A stretch of DNA of 63,959 bases, filler included, from an uncultured bacterium (lineage in GTDB: Bacteria; B130-G9): the NCBI GenBank assembly GCA_965372715.1. It is 4 parts of 4 records of this genome, joined end to end, with 100 filler letters (N's around TTAATTAATTAA, not from the genome) between each part and the next. Parts side by side here need not be neighbours in the genome. Positions count along the whole stretch, not along the records: positions 39,714 to 57,869 come from CBDVDH010000066.1; 3 more parts are not named here. One strand, written 5' to 3'. Each line of letters begins with the position of its first letter. Within the stretch, counting starts at the first letter, position 1. The notes beneath the pieces are model-generated. The model did no database searches. It saw nothing but the letters and a program-made list of their open reading frames with translations, and was not told where the DNA came from. Below are positions 42,029 through 51,988 of this stretch, piece by piece. The position numbers were made by a program, and so were the translations under genes.

Positions 42029-43837
42029 TCAAAGATTCGACTTGAGCCGGAGACCCAATTCGTCGAGCGCCGCCTCATCGACCTGGGCGGGCGCGCCCGT
42101 CATGAGGCACGAGGCGGCGGTTGTCTTCGGGAACGCTATCACCTCGGAAATCGAATCGACACCACAAATCTGCATGACCATCCTGTCAAAGCCGAACGCG
42201 ATCCCGCAGTGGGGTGGTGTGCCGAACTTCAACGCGTCCAGGAAGAACCCAAAGCGCCGAATCGCTTCAGCTTCGCCGATCCCGATAGTCTCAAGCACTC
42301 TCTTCTGAAGGTCAGGGTCAAATATCCGGACCCCACCCCCCGCTATCTCCTGATCGTTGACGACAAGGTCGTATAGCCTGGCCCGGACTCTGAGCGGGTC
42401 AGTTTCGAGCAGCGGCTCATCCTCGGGAAAGACGCCCGTGAACGGGTGGTGCTTCGGGACGATCTCGCCCGTCTCGTCATCCTTGTCAAACATCGGGAAC
42501 TCAGTAACCCACAGCGGGGCATACTTGCCTTCCGGCATCATGTTCTCCACCCGGGCAATGTGCTGCCTGAGGCGCCCCATCGCGGTCTGGACCTTCGGTT
42601 CTGGACCCGACGCCAGGAGGAGCATGTCCCCGCTCTTAGCCCCCATGCTTTCTGCGAGTCGCTCGGCAAACGCCCCCGCAATCTCCTTCTTGGCGGAGCT
42701 CTTGATCCCCTCGCCGGTCATCTTGACCCACACGAGTCCAAAGACCCCAAGCGCTCTCACGATTGGGGATAGAGTATCGATGACCTTGCGAGAATAGCCG
42801 ACGCCGCCCGGGACACACAGTCCCACGACTCGGCCACCCCGCTCGAACGCCTCGGCGAACGGCGAAAAACCACTGTCTGAAAACGATTCCGTAACGTCGC
42901 ACAGCTTCAGGCCGTAACGGAGGTCGGGTTTGTCAGACCCATAAATCCGCATGGCCTCGTCAAACGTTACGATCGGGAACGGGCGGGGCATCTCGACCCC
43001 AAGCACCTTGCCATACACGGCGCAGGTTATCCGCTCCGCGATATCGAAAATGTCGGGTTCGTCCGCGAACGACATCTCGACGTCGATTTGTGAGAACTCG
43101 GGCTGGCGGTTGGACCTAAGGTCCTCATCTCTGAAGCATCTCGCTATCTGGAAATATCGATCGACGCCGGCCACCATAAGTAGCTGCTTCAGAAGCTGCG
43201 GCGACTGTGGAAGCGCGTAGAAACTGCCGTGACGTATCCGGCTGGGCACGAGGTAGTCACGCGCCCCCTCGGGCGTGCTCCTTATCATAAATGGCGTCTC
43301 GACCTCAATGAAGCCGGCATCGGACAGAACGCGCCTCGTCTCCCGCATCGCAACATGACGCGCCCGGAGCCGCTTAGCCATAATCGGGCGCCGCAGGTCA
43401 AGGTAGCGATACTTAAGCCGCAGCTCGTCTTTCGCCTTAACGTCATCCTGTATCACAAAAGGCGGAACCTCAGCCCTTGCGAACAAAGAAAGCGACTCGA
43501 TGCGAATCTCGATTCCCGAGGCGAACCCATCGCCCCTCTTGGCCTCTTTCGGCCGGGCCTGGACCTTACCCACCGCCGAGACCACGAACTCCGCGTGGAG
43601 CTGCCTGCATTGCTCGGCCAGGTTGGGGCTCTGTTTCACGTCAACCGCGAGCTGCACCAGGCCGCTTCGGTCTCGAACATCGACGAAGATCAGGCCGCCA
43701 AGGTCCCGGACCCTGTGGACCCACCCGTTGACTACGACTCGCTGCCCAATGTTCCCCTCTGATAGGTCCCCGCAATAGTGCGTCCGTTTCAGCTCGGGAC
43801 TAAGGCCCTCGACCGTCAATTCGCTCTCGTTTGCCAT
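42029..43837 (-). CDS. aspS: Aspartate--tRNA ligase
   Basis: RTHYCG, RLKYRYLDLRR, TPEGARDYLVPSR, RCFRDEDLR, HHPFT, PPHCGIAFGFDR. Confidence 0.98.
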   Translation of the reverse strand: MANESELTVEGLSPELKRTHYCGDLSEGNIGQRVVVNGWVHRVRDLGGLIFVDVRDRSGLVQLAVDVKQSPNLAEQCRQLHAEFVVSAVGKVQARPKEAKRGDGFASGIEIRIESLSLFARAEVPPFVIQDDVKAKDELRLKYRYLDLRRPIMAKRLRARHVAMRETRRVLSDAGFIEVETPFMIRSTPEGARDYLVPSRIRHGSFYALPQSPQLLKQLLMVAGVDRYFQIARCFRDEDLRSNRQPEFSQIDVEMSFADEPDIFDIAERITCAVYGKVLGVEMPRPFPIVTFDEAMRIYGSDKPDLRYGLKLCDVTESFSDSGFSPFAEAFERGGRVVGLCVPGGVGYSRKVIDTLSPIVRALGVFGLVWVKMTGEGIKSSAKKEIAGAFAERLAESMGAKSGDMLLLASGPEPKVQTAMGRLRQHIARVENMMPEGKYAPLWVTEFPMFDKDDETGEIVPKHHPFTGVFPEDEPLLETDPLRVRARLYDLVVNDQEIAGGGVRIFDPDLQKRVLETIGIGEAEAIRRFGFFLDALKFGTPPHCGIAFGFDRMVMQICGVDSISEVIAFPKTTAASCLMTGAPAQVDEAALDELGLRLKSNL

Positions 43838-44028
43838 CTGTCGTGTGATTCCTCACTCAGCTTCTCTGCTCAACAGTGATTCCGTCAATTCCCTGTCATG
43901 TTCCTTAATCGCTTGATGTCTCGCGGTTTCTCGCTCGCTACGTCGCCATTCGGTCCGGCGTTCGTAGGGCGCCTAACCGAAAGAAACCAGCTGACTGTCT
44001 GCGTATCAGTCTCCCCCTCGAGAATGGA

Positions 44029-46194
44029 TCAGTCCTTCCCAACGAAGTAGTCTATGACCTTCTGCAAAGCATAGGCGGCGTCGCTCACGTCGTCGGCGGT
44101 CATTCCCAAATGAAGCGGAAGAAAAATGAGCTGCGAGAGCAACGTGGCCGCCACGGGCGAGATGTGGCTGCTCTTCCCCTTGGCCTGACCGCGCGACCTC
44201 GCGATGGCGACTTCAGCCGCGCAATCTCCTCCGCCTCTGAAGGCCTCGATCTTTTCCGCCTTCATCAGACGTTCAAGCTGTAAAGCTTCGAGTTCCAGCT
44301 CGTGGAAATCGATGAACACTGGATATCGGCTACCTGACCTCTGCACCTCCTCGGCTGGGCGAACGATGCTAACGTGAGGCACATCGGTCAAAAGCTCGTC
44401 ATAGACCGCCTGAAGACTCCGGCAGGTCCCCGCCGTGTCATAGAGCCGCTCGAGATTTGACGTTCCGAGCATGGCACACACTGGCGACAGCCCCAGCTGC
44501 CTCTGCACGAACGGCTGCGGGCCATCCGCGAGGCGACAGGCGAGGAAATCCCAGACCGTCTCCTTCATCGAGGCGTCGCCCATCAGAATCGCCCCGCCGC
44601 CGAGCGTTGTGATGTTCTGATCGACGCCAAGGTCAAGGACTGCGACCGAGCCATAAGAGGCCACGTCCCTATCAAGCACCGTCGCGCCTAACAGATTCTG
44701 AGCGTTGACGATGAGGGCGCATCGGGCCTCGTCTGCCATCGACTGAAGGGTCTCAAGCGGCTCAGGAACGTCAAGAATGGAACCGGCCACAACCGCGGCT
44801 GCGCCCTTTTCAAGGTGTTGCTCGAGCTTCGTAAGGTCATAGCAGAGCGTGTTCTCATCGATGTCGCAGATCACCGGGCTGAACCCGAGCTGCGACGCCG
44901 CGGCATAGACCCTGGCGTCCGCGAAGGGATGGATGACTATCCCCTTCGTCGAACTGCGGTCCAACATCGAAAAGGCGCCAAGCAGGGCGAGATAGTGCGA
45001 GTGCAGAAGAAGCACCGCCGAGGAGTCGAACGTCTCACGGAGCGAGCTCTCGAAATCACCGATAGGATCACCTAACTGACCCTCTGCAACGCTCTTGAGC
45101 TCGTTTGATAGCCTCTCTCTATCGGAGCTGCTGATCGCCGGCAGCCGGTTTCTAAGAAGGGTTGTTCTGGACGTCTCGCCGCCCTCCGCGACCGGGATAT
45201 TCATCAGATGTTTCAGGTGCATGACGTTGAAGTATCGGCTGCTGTAAGGCTCGGACAGGCGGCCCTCCCGCAGAGCGCCCGCGATCTCCCGCGCGCCTTG
45301 GGCTAGCGGGACGGTCATCTCGTATCCCAGCCGGTCCCGAATCCTGTCGAACCGAACGCGATACGATCTCCTGTCGGCGTCATCAGGCGCTGTCTCGACT
45401 TTGGTGTCCGGAACCTCACCGGCAACAACCTCTGCCAGGTCGCGAATCCTAACGTTGTGCTCGTTTGAGCCAACATTGAACACCTCGGCAGCCACATACT
45501 CCCGCTCGGCAGAGAGAACCGTTGCGATTGCCCCCGCTGCGTCCTTCACGTGCAAGAAAGGTCGCCACTGGCCGCCGCCGCCAAGCACGATGATCTCATG
45601 CTTCTCGAACGCGCTCATTGTCATCAAGTTGATCGCAAGATCGAAACGCATCCGAGGCGAATACCCAAATAACGTCGCCTGGCGAAGGACCGTAACCGCA
45701 AAACCCTCGTCCGACATCTCGAGCAGCGCCCGCTCTGACTTTATCTTGAGCCGCGCATAAAGCGAGACCGGGGAAAGCGGAGAAACCTCGCTAACAAGCT
45801 TGTCCCCGCAGGCCCCATAGACGCTCGCCGACGAGGCGAAAACAAACCTCTCGACGCCGCGTGACTGAGCCATCCTTGCGAGCTTCACGGTTGCGACGTG
45901 GTTGATCTCCTCGGCCATCGTCGGCGAGAGATCGCAAGACGGATCGTTGGCCAGACTCGCCAAATGCACAACCGCCCAAACATCGTCCAGAAGCCACGGG
46001 AACTTCTCTATGGCCCGGATGTCCCCCTTCGCGAGCTCGAACCTGTCCGCGTCCAAAACGCTCAGAAGCCCACTATCGCCGAAATAAAGCCGGTCAAAAA
46101 CCCTAATATCCGCGCCTCGCTCGACAAGAAGCGGACAGAGCACGCAGCCAAGATAACCCGCTCCACCTGTTACAAGTATTCTCTTGCCCTGCAA
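44029..46194 (-). CDS. NAD-dependent epimerase/dehydratase fused to a degenerate DegT/DnrJ-type aminotransferase domain
   Basis: TGGAGYLG, ASSASVYG, YARLK, RPFLHVKD; the C-terminal half follows the DegT fold but lacks the PLP lysine. Confidence 0.8.
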   Translation of the reverse strand: MQGKRILVTGGAGYLGCVLCPLLVERGADIRVFDRLYFGDSGLLSVLDADRFELAKGDIRAIEKFPWLLDDVWAVVHLASLANDPSCDLSPTMAEEINHVATVKLARMAQSRGVERFVFASSASVYGACGDKLVSEVSPLSPVSLYARLKIKSERALLEMSDEGFAVTVLRQATLFGYSPRMRFDLAINLMTMSAFEKHEIIVLGGGGQWRPFLHVKDAAGAIATVLSAEREYVAAEVFNVGSNEHNVRIRDLAEVVAGEVPDTKVETAPDDADRRSYRVRFDRIRDRLGYEMTVPLAQGAREIAGALREGRLSEPYSSRYFNVMHLKHLMNIPVAEGGETSRTTLLRNRLPAISSSDRERLSNELKSVAEGQLGDPIGDFESSLRETFDSSAVLLLHSHYLALLGAFSMLDRSSTKGIVIHPFADARVYAAASQLGFSPVICDIDENTLCYDLTKLEQHLEKGAAAVVAGSILDVPEPLETLQSMADEARCALIVNAQNLLGATVLDRDVASYGSVAVLDLGVDQNITTLGGGAILMGDASMKETVWDFLACRLADGPQPFVQRQLGLSPVCAMLGTSNLERLYDTAGTCRSLQAVYDELLTDVPHVSIVRPAEEVQRSGSRYPVFIDFHELELEALQLERLMKAEKIEAFRGGGDCAAEVAIARSRGQAKGKSSHISPVAATLLSQLIFLPLHLGMTADDVSDAAYALQKVIDYFVGKD

Positions 46195-46288
46195 ACCAAT
46201 CCCTCCCGGTTGGCTAAAGAGTCAGATTCGAGAAAACCATCTCGGAGAATACCAGCATGCGTTCGAAACTCAACGGTCTTGGTGAATT

Positions 46289-46616
46289 CCCGAAAAATCA
46301 GATTGCCATCAGTGGATGCGTCGGGTCAGACCAGCTTGACGAGTTTGGAAGGCGATTGAGGCAGCGAGGTTTGCTTGAGGAGTTGCACCCGATGGATGCT
46401 TTGGAGTGCGGTGGCTTGACACCGCTTTGGCTCGCCGCGGCCTGACGCGGCACCCGCTCCGATTGATCATTCCCGGTTCCTGAAATCGTCCGTTCACCGC
46501 CAAGAAAGCACTCCTGGGAAGGCCCTGCCAGGTCACCGCCAATGAAAGCGCCGTCAAGCCGCCGCACTCCAAAACGGCCCGTCTCTAAGTTACGTCCAGC
46601 AATCTGATTTTTCGGG
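46289..46616. mobile_element. MITE-like element with perfect 18-bp terminal inverted repeats enclosing an inverted REP pair
   Basis: cccgaaaaatcagattgc (46289-46306) and gcaatctgatttttcggg (46599-46616). Confidence 0.6.
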
Positions 46617-46697
46617 TGAATTGCAGTCTCCCTCCTGGGGTAGCTGCCCGGCATTGTGACTCTTGCCGATGATCTGGCGTCTTGATACGATATTTGA

Positions 46698-48228
46698 AAT
46701 GCCTGAAAACCTTTACATCTTCGTCAACTGGGCTTGTGGAGGAGTAATCGCTGCGATTCTGCTCAAGCGATTCGCTCCTCAGTGGTCGGTTTGCGAGCGG
46801 CTTTTCTCGCACAAGATGAGGCCGGCTCGCATCGTGGTTTTGGCGGCCATTCTCTGCGTTGCCGCACTGGAGTTCTTCCACACCACGCTCTACGAGCCGA
46901 TGTTTTTGCGCGCTCAGAAGGACGATCCCACATTCCAACTGTCCGAGGACACCCACCCGAACGCCGACAGTCCCCCGAAACTGCCCAAGAGCCTCGACTT
47001 CGCCGAATATTGGCTGGGCTCGACGGACCTTGCGCTCGGCCACAACATCTATCGGGACATGGCCGAATACATCCATTTCAAGGCCGCCGAACACAAGAAG
47101 GACGGCAGGGACGTCTCAATGGCGAGGTATGCGGACTTTGAGCCGACGAGCAGGGAGGGCTTCGACAGGCTCCAGCAGCTGTCGCAGCGAAACGGCATCC
47201 CCGTCTTTCCGCATTTCACATATCCCCCCACGTGGTATCTGCTCTTCACGCCGTTTACGTGGATGGACTGGCGCGATGCGCACGACCTCTGGCTCGGTGC
47301 GAACCTGGTCTTCGTTGCGGCATCGATCGTTCTTATCCTGCTCGCAGTTGGTTACAGGCCCAGGTCGAGCGAGGAGATTCTGGCGCTGGCAACGCTCATC
47401 CTGGGCTACTCGCCGCTCATATTCGCGCTCAAGGAATGCCAGGCCAACAGCCTCGCGCTCCTCATCGTCTGCGCGGCCTTGTACCTCGCATCGCGCGGCA
47501 AGAACGCCCTGGCTGGGACACTGATCGCTCTCGGCGCCGCGGTCAAGGTGTTCCCCGGGATACTGCTGCTTTATTTCCTTTGGAAGCGGAAGTTCAGGCT
47601 CGCCGCCTGGGGATTTGCCTCGCTGGCCGCCATCATACTGTTCTCGATCGCAGCCGTCGGCTGGGACGTGCATCATTGGTATTTTTTCAACGTGGCGCCG
47701 ACCTGGGCATCGAACGTAAGGGCTTTTGACATGAACCAATCAATCGCCGGGGTCATCGCCCGCGCGTTCGTGGGCGGCGAGGGGATTGCGCCAATCGCGC
47801 ACAGGCCCGGGCTGGCAAGGGCATTGATCACTTCCTCCCAGATCGCACTGCTGGCGATTCTACTGTGGACGAGCAGGGCCGCTGCGAGGCGCTTCACCAA
47901 TCGCGTGTGGCTCGAGACCGGCCTCGTGATAGTCTTCTACCAGCTCGCCTCAACATGGGTCCTTATCCACCACCTACAATGGCTGCTGATCCCGTTTCTC
48001 TTGGCGTGGGCAATTGCGGCTACAGATTCCCGGCGGCTCTCACCCCGGTTGCTGACGGTGCTCAGCTTCTCGTATCTGCTCACGGGCGTCAAATACATCT
48101 ATTACCGCGAGGCCTTCAGGGCTGGCGCGATGGCGCTTCTCGCTTCGCTCAAGTGCTTCGGTGTGGTCGTCTTGTTCTTTGCGCTAGTCATGGCGATTGC
48201 GCGATCGCGATCAGAGGAAGAGACGTGA
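46698..48228 (+). CDS. GT87/DUF2029-family membrane glycosyltransferase
   Basis: DFAEYW, FTYPP, QAN, AVKVFPG, NQSIAG; multi-TM. Confidence 0.8.
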
Positions 48229-48238
48229 TTTTCGTGGT

Positions 48239-48347
48239 TGTAGGGGCGCGGTCTGAAGACCCGCCCGCTCATATCAATCCAATCGAATACGGCATCTCGA
48301 TAAGGCAATCAATTAGAACGGGCGGGTCTTAAGACCTCGCCCCTACG
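48239..48347. repeat. REPIN-like element
   Basis: GTAGGGGCG inverted ends; reverse complement aligns with 53330-53435. Confidence 0.8.
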
Positions 48348-48391
48348 AAACACCCCACGCAATTATGAGCCGGCTCCCTCAAAAGCACCCA

Positions 48392-49672
48392 TCACAGCAT
48401 TCGATATAGAAGGAAAATGCCGAAATAGACGGCCATCGACAGTGTGCATGGGAGAATCAGGAGGCGCGCCACCTGCATGAACTTGACGTCGAAATACTCG
48501 TTGGAGAGTATGAGGCAGAGGTGCACTGGTGTGAGCATCACGGCGATGAACCCGGACACCGAGAAGATGAACACGTAGGCGACGAGCTCGGATTGCGGAA
48601 GCGATGCGACGAAGACTGGGTATAGGATTGGCAGCGCTATCCCAACATAAGCCACGACGATGCCTGTAACGAAGCTGACGAGAAACGGGATGGCGAACGC
48701 AAGCAGCAGCACGGGCGCCTCCTGCCCTTTCAGAGTGTTGGTGATCTCCTCAATGGCGCCAGCGTCCTCGAGCACCTGGCTGAAGATGAGTATCGAGCCG
48801 ACCGTGAGCATCGTCATTGATACGCGCTTGTTGAGCACCATTCTGGCGACCGCCCAGGGCCTTAATCCTGTTCCCCAAAGCGCCATGCCAATCCCGACCA
48901 GAAGCGCCAGCACAAGCGACATCCTGGCAGGCAGCTTCTGAAGCGCGAGACCGGCGGATTCCAGGGCGCTTCTTAGATTCACGAAGACGAAGTTCAAGAC
49001 GACAACTGCCACGATGGCTCGACTTATGCCCAGAAGCCGGAGGATCGAGCCCTTCGATTTGGGTCTGTTCTCCATTTTCGATTTAGGCAGCCGTCGAAGG
49101 TAGAAAAAATAGCCGATAACGACCATCACGACCGAGGCGGGCAGAAACACAATTATAATCTTGGCGATGCTGAAGCCAGTAATCGCGCAGATGAGGATAA
49201 CGGACGGATAGAATGGCCACCAGTATTCCCATATATGCCTGAACCAGAAGTTTATCGTTGCTCTGTGGACATTGTCGGTCTCAAGGTCGCGCGATGCCTC
49301 GTCAACGAGCGGCGCGGAGAACCTGGCCCCGCCTGGCATCGGCAGCAGGCCAATGATGGCCGTCATCGTCGGGACCGCGAACCTCGGGTTTCGGATGACT
49401 TCCCGAACCGCCGCCACAAGCTTCCGCAGCTGCTTTGTCTCCTGCATGATTGCTGAGAGCAAGACGATCATGACGACAATCAAGAGAAGCACGAGGTTAG
49501 GCGGGTCGAAGACGCCGACGAGGATGCTGTACCCGAGCGCGTCAAGCGACATCTCCAGCCACAGGCCGAGCACTATCGAGCCGGCGAAAAGCGATACACC
49601 AAGCGGCGACCGCAACTTGAGGCTGAAGACAACCGCAAGGAATACGATGATTATCTTGGCTACCGGCGACAT
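48392..49672 (-). CDS. DUF401-family membrane protein (putative transporter)
   Basis: IGLLPMPGGARFSAP, NFWFRHIWEYWWP, TPVHLCL. Confidence 0.85.
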   Translation of the reverse strand: MSPVAKIIIVFLAVVFSLKLRSPLGVSLFAGSIVLGLWLEMSLDALGYSILVGVFDPPNLVLLLIVVMIVLLSAIMQETKQLRKLVAAVREVIRNPRFAVPTMTAIIGLLPMPGGARFSAPLVDEASRDLETDNVHRATINFWFRHIWEYWWPFYPSVILICAITGFSIAKIIIVFLPASVVMVVIGYFFYLRRLPKSKMENRPKSKGSILRLLGISRAIVAVVVLNFVFVNLRSALESAGLALQKLPARMSLVLALLVGIGMALWGTGLRPWAVARMVLNKRVSMTMLTVGSILIFSQVLEDAGAIEEITNTLKGQEAPVLLLAFAIPFLVSFVTGIVVAYVGIALPILYPVFVASLPQSELVAYVFIFSVSGFIAVMLTPVHLCLILSNEYFDVKFMQVARLLILPCTLSMAVYFGIFLLYRML

Positions 49673-49687
49673 GCTCGCCTGTATAAC

Positions 49688-51808
49688 CTATGTCTTAACG
49701 TCAATCAATCTCAGATCGATACGGCCGATCGGGACCTGAACCGAGCGGACGCGGACCTTGACGGTATCACCCATCCGGAAACGCTTGCCCGTCTTCATTC
49801 CGGTCACGCACTGTTTCTCCTCGTTAAACGAGTACCGGTCGTCCCCAAGCGACAACAGCAACACGAACCCCTCGACGAAGAACTGGTCCAACTCCACGAA
49901 AAAGCCCTTCATCGTCAGACCAGAGATGATCCCCGTGAAGTCGTCGCCTATCTTGTCGGCCATGAACTGAGCCTGACGCATCTTGACTATCTGCCTCTCT
50001 GCGGCCATCGCGGCGCGTTCACGAACGGAGCAGCGATGCGCCGCCTCCTTCAGCGCATCGGCGCCCATTCTCACCTTGAACTTAGCCTTGCCCCTCAGAC
50101 GCTGCTTCACGAATCTGTGCACCATAAGGTCGGGATACCGCCTGATCGGCGACGTGAAGTGGGCGTAGCAGTCCGACGCAAGCCCAAAGTGGCCGATGTT
50201 CTCAGGCGAGTACTTGGCGATCTTGAGCGCTCGTAGGATGAGGTAGGAGATCAACCGCTCCACTCGTTTGCCGCGAACCCTCTCGACGAGCTGTTGAAAC
50301 TTGTCCGAAACGTCGCCACCCGAAAGCGACATCTCGAGCCCAATCGCTTTGAGCGTCCGAGAAAGGCCGATGAGCGATTCGTCGTCCGGCGGCTCATGCA
50401 CGCGATATGCGCATTTGGACCCGCCGGCCGTAAGGTATGACGCAACAGCCTCGTTGGCCGCGATCATGAACTCCTCAATTAGTCTGTGGGCGGGATTTCG
50501 CTTCTCGCGGACGACGTCCTCTGGTTTGCCCTGAAGGTCCAATATGACAATGGGGTCAGGAAGGTCGAAGTCGAGGCCGCCGCGGCTCATTCGGCTCTTC
50601 GTCAAAAGGCACGCGAGGTCATCCATGGCAAACAGGTATTCCGAAAACCCGGGCACGTCAACGGCCTCACTGGCCCCCTCCCGCCGTTGCTCAAGCAGCG
50701 CCCCAACCTCGGTGTAGGTCAGCCTGGCGTTGCTCTTTATAACGCTTTCATAGACCTTCGAGCCGCGGATTCGGCCCCGCTTGTCGAAATCGGTCTGGAC
50801 CGTCATTGTCAGCCGGTCCTCGTTCGGTTTGAGGCTGCATATCTCATTCGATAGCTCAAACGGCAGCATCGGAATCACGCTGCCGGGGAAATAGACGCTG
50901 TTGCCCCTGTCAAAGGCATCCTTGTCAAGAGCGCAGCCCTCCCCAACGTAATGACCGACGTCCGCGATGTGAACCCAAAGCCGAAAGCCGCCGTCACGTC
51001 GCTGGATGCTCACCGCGTCATCGAAATCCCTCGCCTGCTCACCGTCGATCGTGAATGCGATCAAGCTTCGGTGGTCAACCCTGTCTCCGATCTCCTCCCG
51101 CGTCACCGCAACCGGCGCCCTCTTCCCCTCGGCAAGCGCCTCGTCCGAAAACACCGTCGGGATGTCAAACTTGGCGATGATTATCCTACAAAGAACATCC
51201 GGGTCGTCGGGCCTGCCCCAAACCTCTGTGATAGTAACGTGTATCTGCTTGAATCGCTCGTCGATCCGGTCCACCGCAGCCTTCACAACTATGCCGTCGT
51301 CAACTCTGCCGGCCACGTTGCCTACGACAATGACCTCGTGGAAGATCTTCGCCGAAAGCGGCTCGAGGAACATGCCTTTGCTGCTTTTGACGACCTTGCC
51401 CGCGAGCTCGCGCCTCCTGCGCTCGACGATCCTAACGACTTGGCCGCTTGTCCGCCCCCGCTGCTTCTTGGTGTATGCGACCTCGACGATGTCGCCGTCG
51501 ATTGCCCCGCCCCAGCGCGGCGAGGGCACATAGATGTCGTCCGCTCCGGAGGAAAGGGGAATAACGAAGCCAAAGCGCTCGTTGACAGGGTCGAAACGCC
51601 CCAGCAGGCGACTCTTCACCGACGTTACACAGAACTTGCCGTCCGAGTCCTTGAGCACCTTGCCACGAGAGACGAGGTGGGCGAGGCGCTTGACCACCGC
51701 CTTCCGCTCCCTACTTGTGTCCAGGTGCTCTGCAATCTGCTCTAGTGAGAGGCGTTGTCCGCCTCCGCGCTTGAGAATGTTCAGTATTCTCCGCTCTGTT
51801 CTGTCCAA
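49688..51808 (-). CDS. rnr: Ribonuclease R
   Basis: TIDGEQARDFDDA, HIADV, LIEEFMIAAN, HFTSPIRRYPDL, C-terminal S1 domain. Confidence 0.96.
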   Translation of the reverse strand: MDRTERRILNILKRGGGQRLSLEQIAEHLDTSRERKAVVKRLAHLVSRGKVLKDSDGKFCVTSVKSRLLGRFDPVNERFGFVIPLSSGADDIYVPSPRWGGAIDGDIVEVAYTKKQRGRTSGQVVRIVERRRRELAGKVVKSSKGMFLEPLSAKIFHEVIVVGNVAGRVDDGIVVKAAVDRIDERFKQIHVTITEVWGRPDDPDVLCRIIIAKFDIPTVFSDEALAEGKRAPVAVTREEIGDRVDHRSLIAFTIDGEQARDFDDAVSIQRRDGGFRLWVHIADVGHYVGEGCALDKDAFDRGNSVYFPGSVIPMLPFELSNEICSLKPNEDRLTMTVQTDFDKRGRIRGSKVYESVIKSNARLTYTEVGALLEQRREGASEAVDVPGFSEYLFAMDDLACLLTKSRMSRGGLDFDLPDPIVILDLQGKPEDVVREKRNPAHRLIEEFMIAANEAVASYLTAGGSKCAYRVHEPPDDESLIGLSRTLKAIGLEMSLSGGDVSDKFQQLVERVRGKRVERLISYLILRALKIAKYSPENIGHFGLASDCYAHFTSPIRRYPDLMVHRFVKQRLRGKAKFKVRMGADALKEAAHRCSVRERAAMAAERQIVKMRQAQFMADKIGDDFTGIISGLTMKGFFVELDQFFVEGFVLLLSLGDDRYSFNEEKQCVTGMKTGKRFRMGDTVKVRVRSVQVPIGRIDLRLIDVKT

Positions 51809-51988
51809 TGGCCTTCCTGATTCCTATGAGTTACGGCGACGAGTTTACTCGGTTCATTCCCCATTCGGCAACCGCCGCCATTTGTGTAGGGGCGAGCACC
51901 CGAGTTCGCCCTCCGTTATTCAGCTTAGACAGGGCAGGCGCGGGGGCCTGCCCCTACATGTCGTGTCCTGCTTCGCTCGCACAGACCG

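Noticed and set aside
50951-51745. Long antisense ORFs (264 aa here, also 30270-31079, 55714-56490 and others)
   Set aside because: Shadow frames opposite well-supported genes in GC-rich DNA, with no motifs
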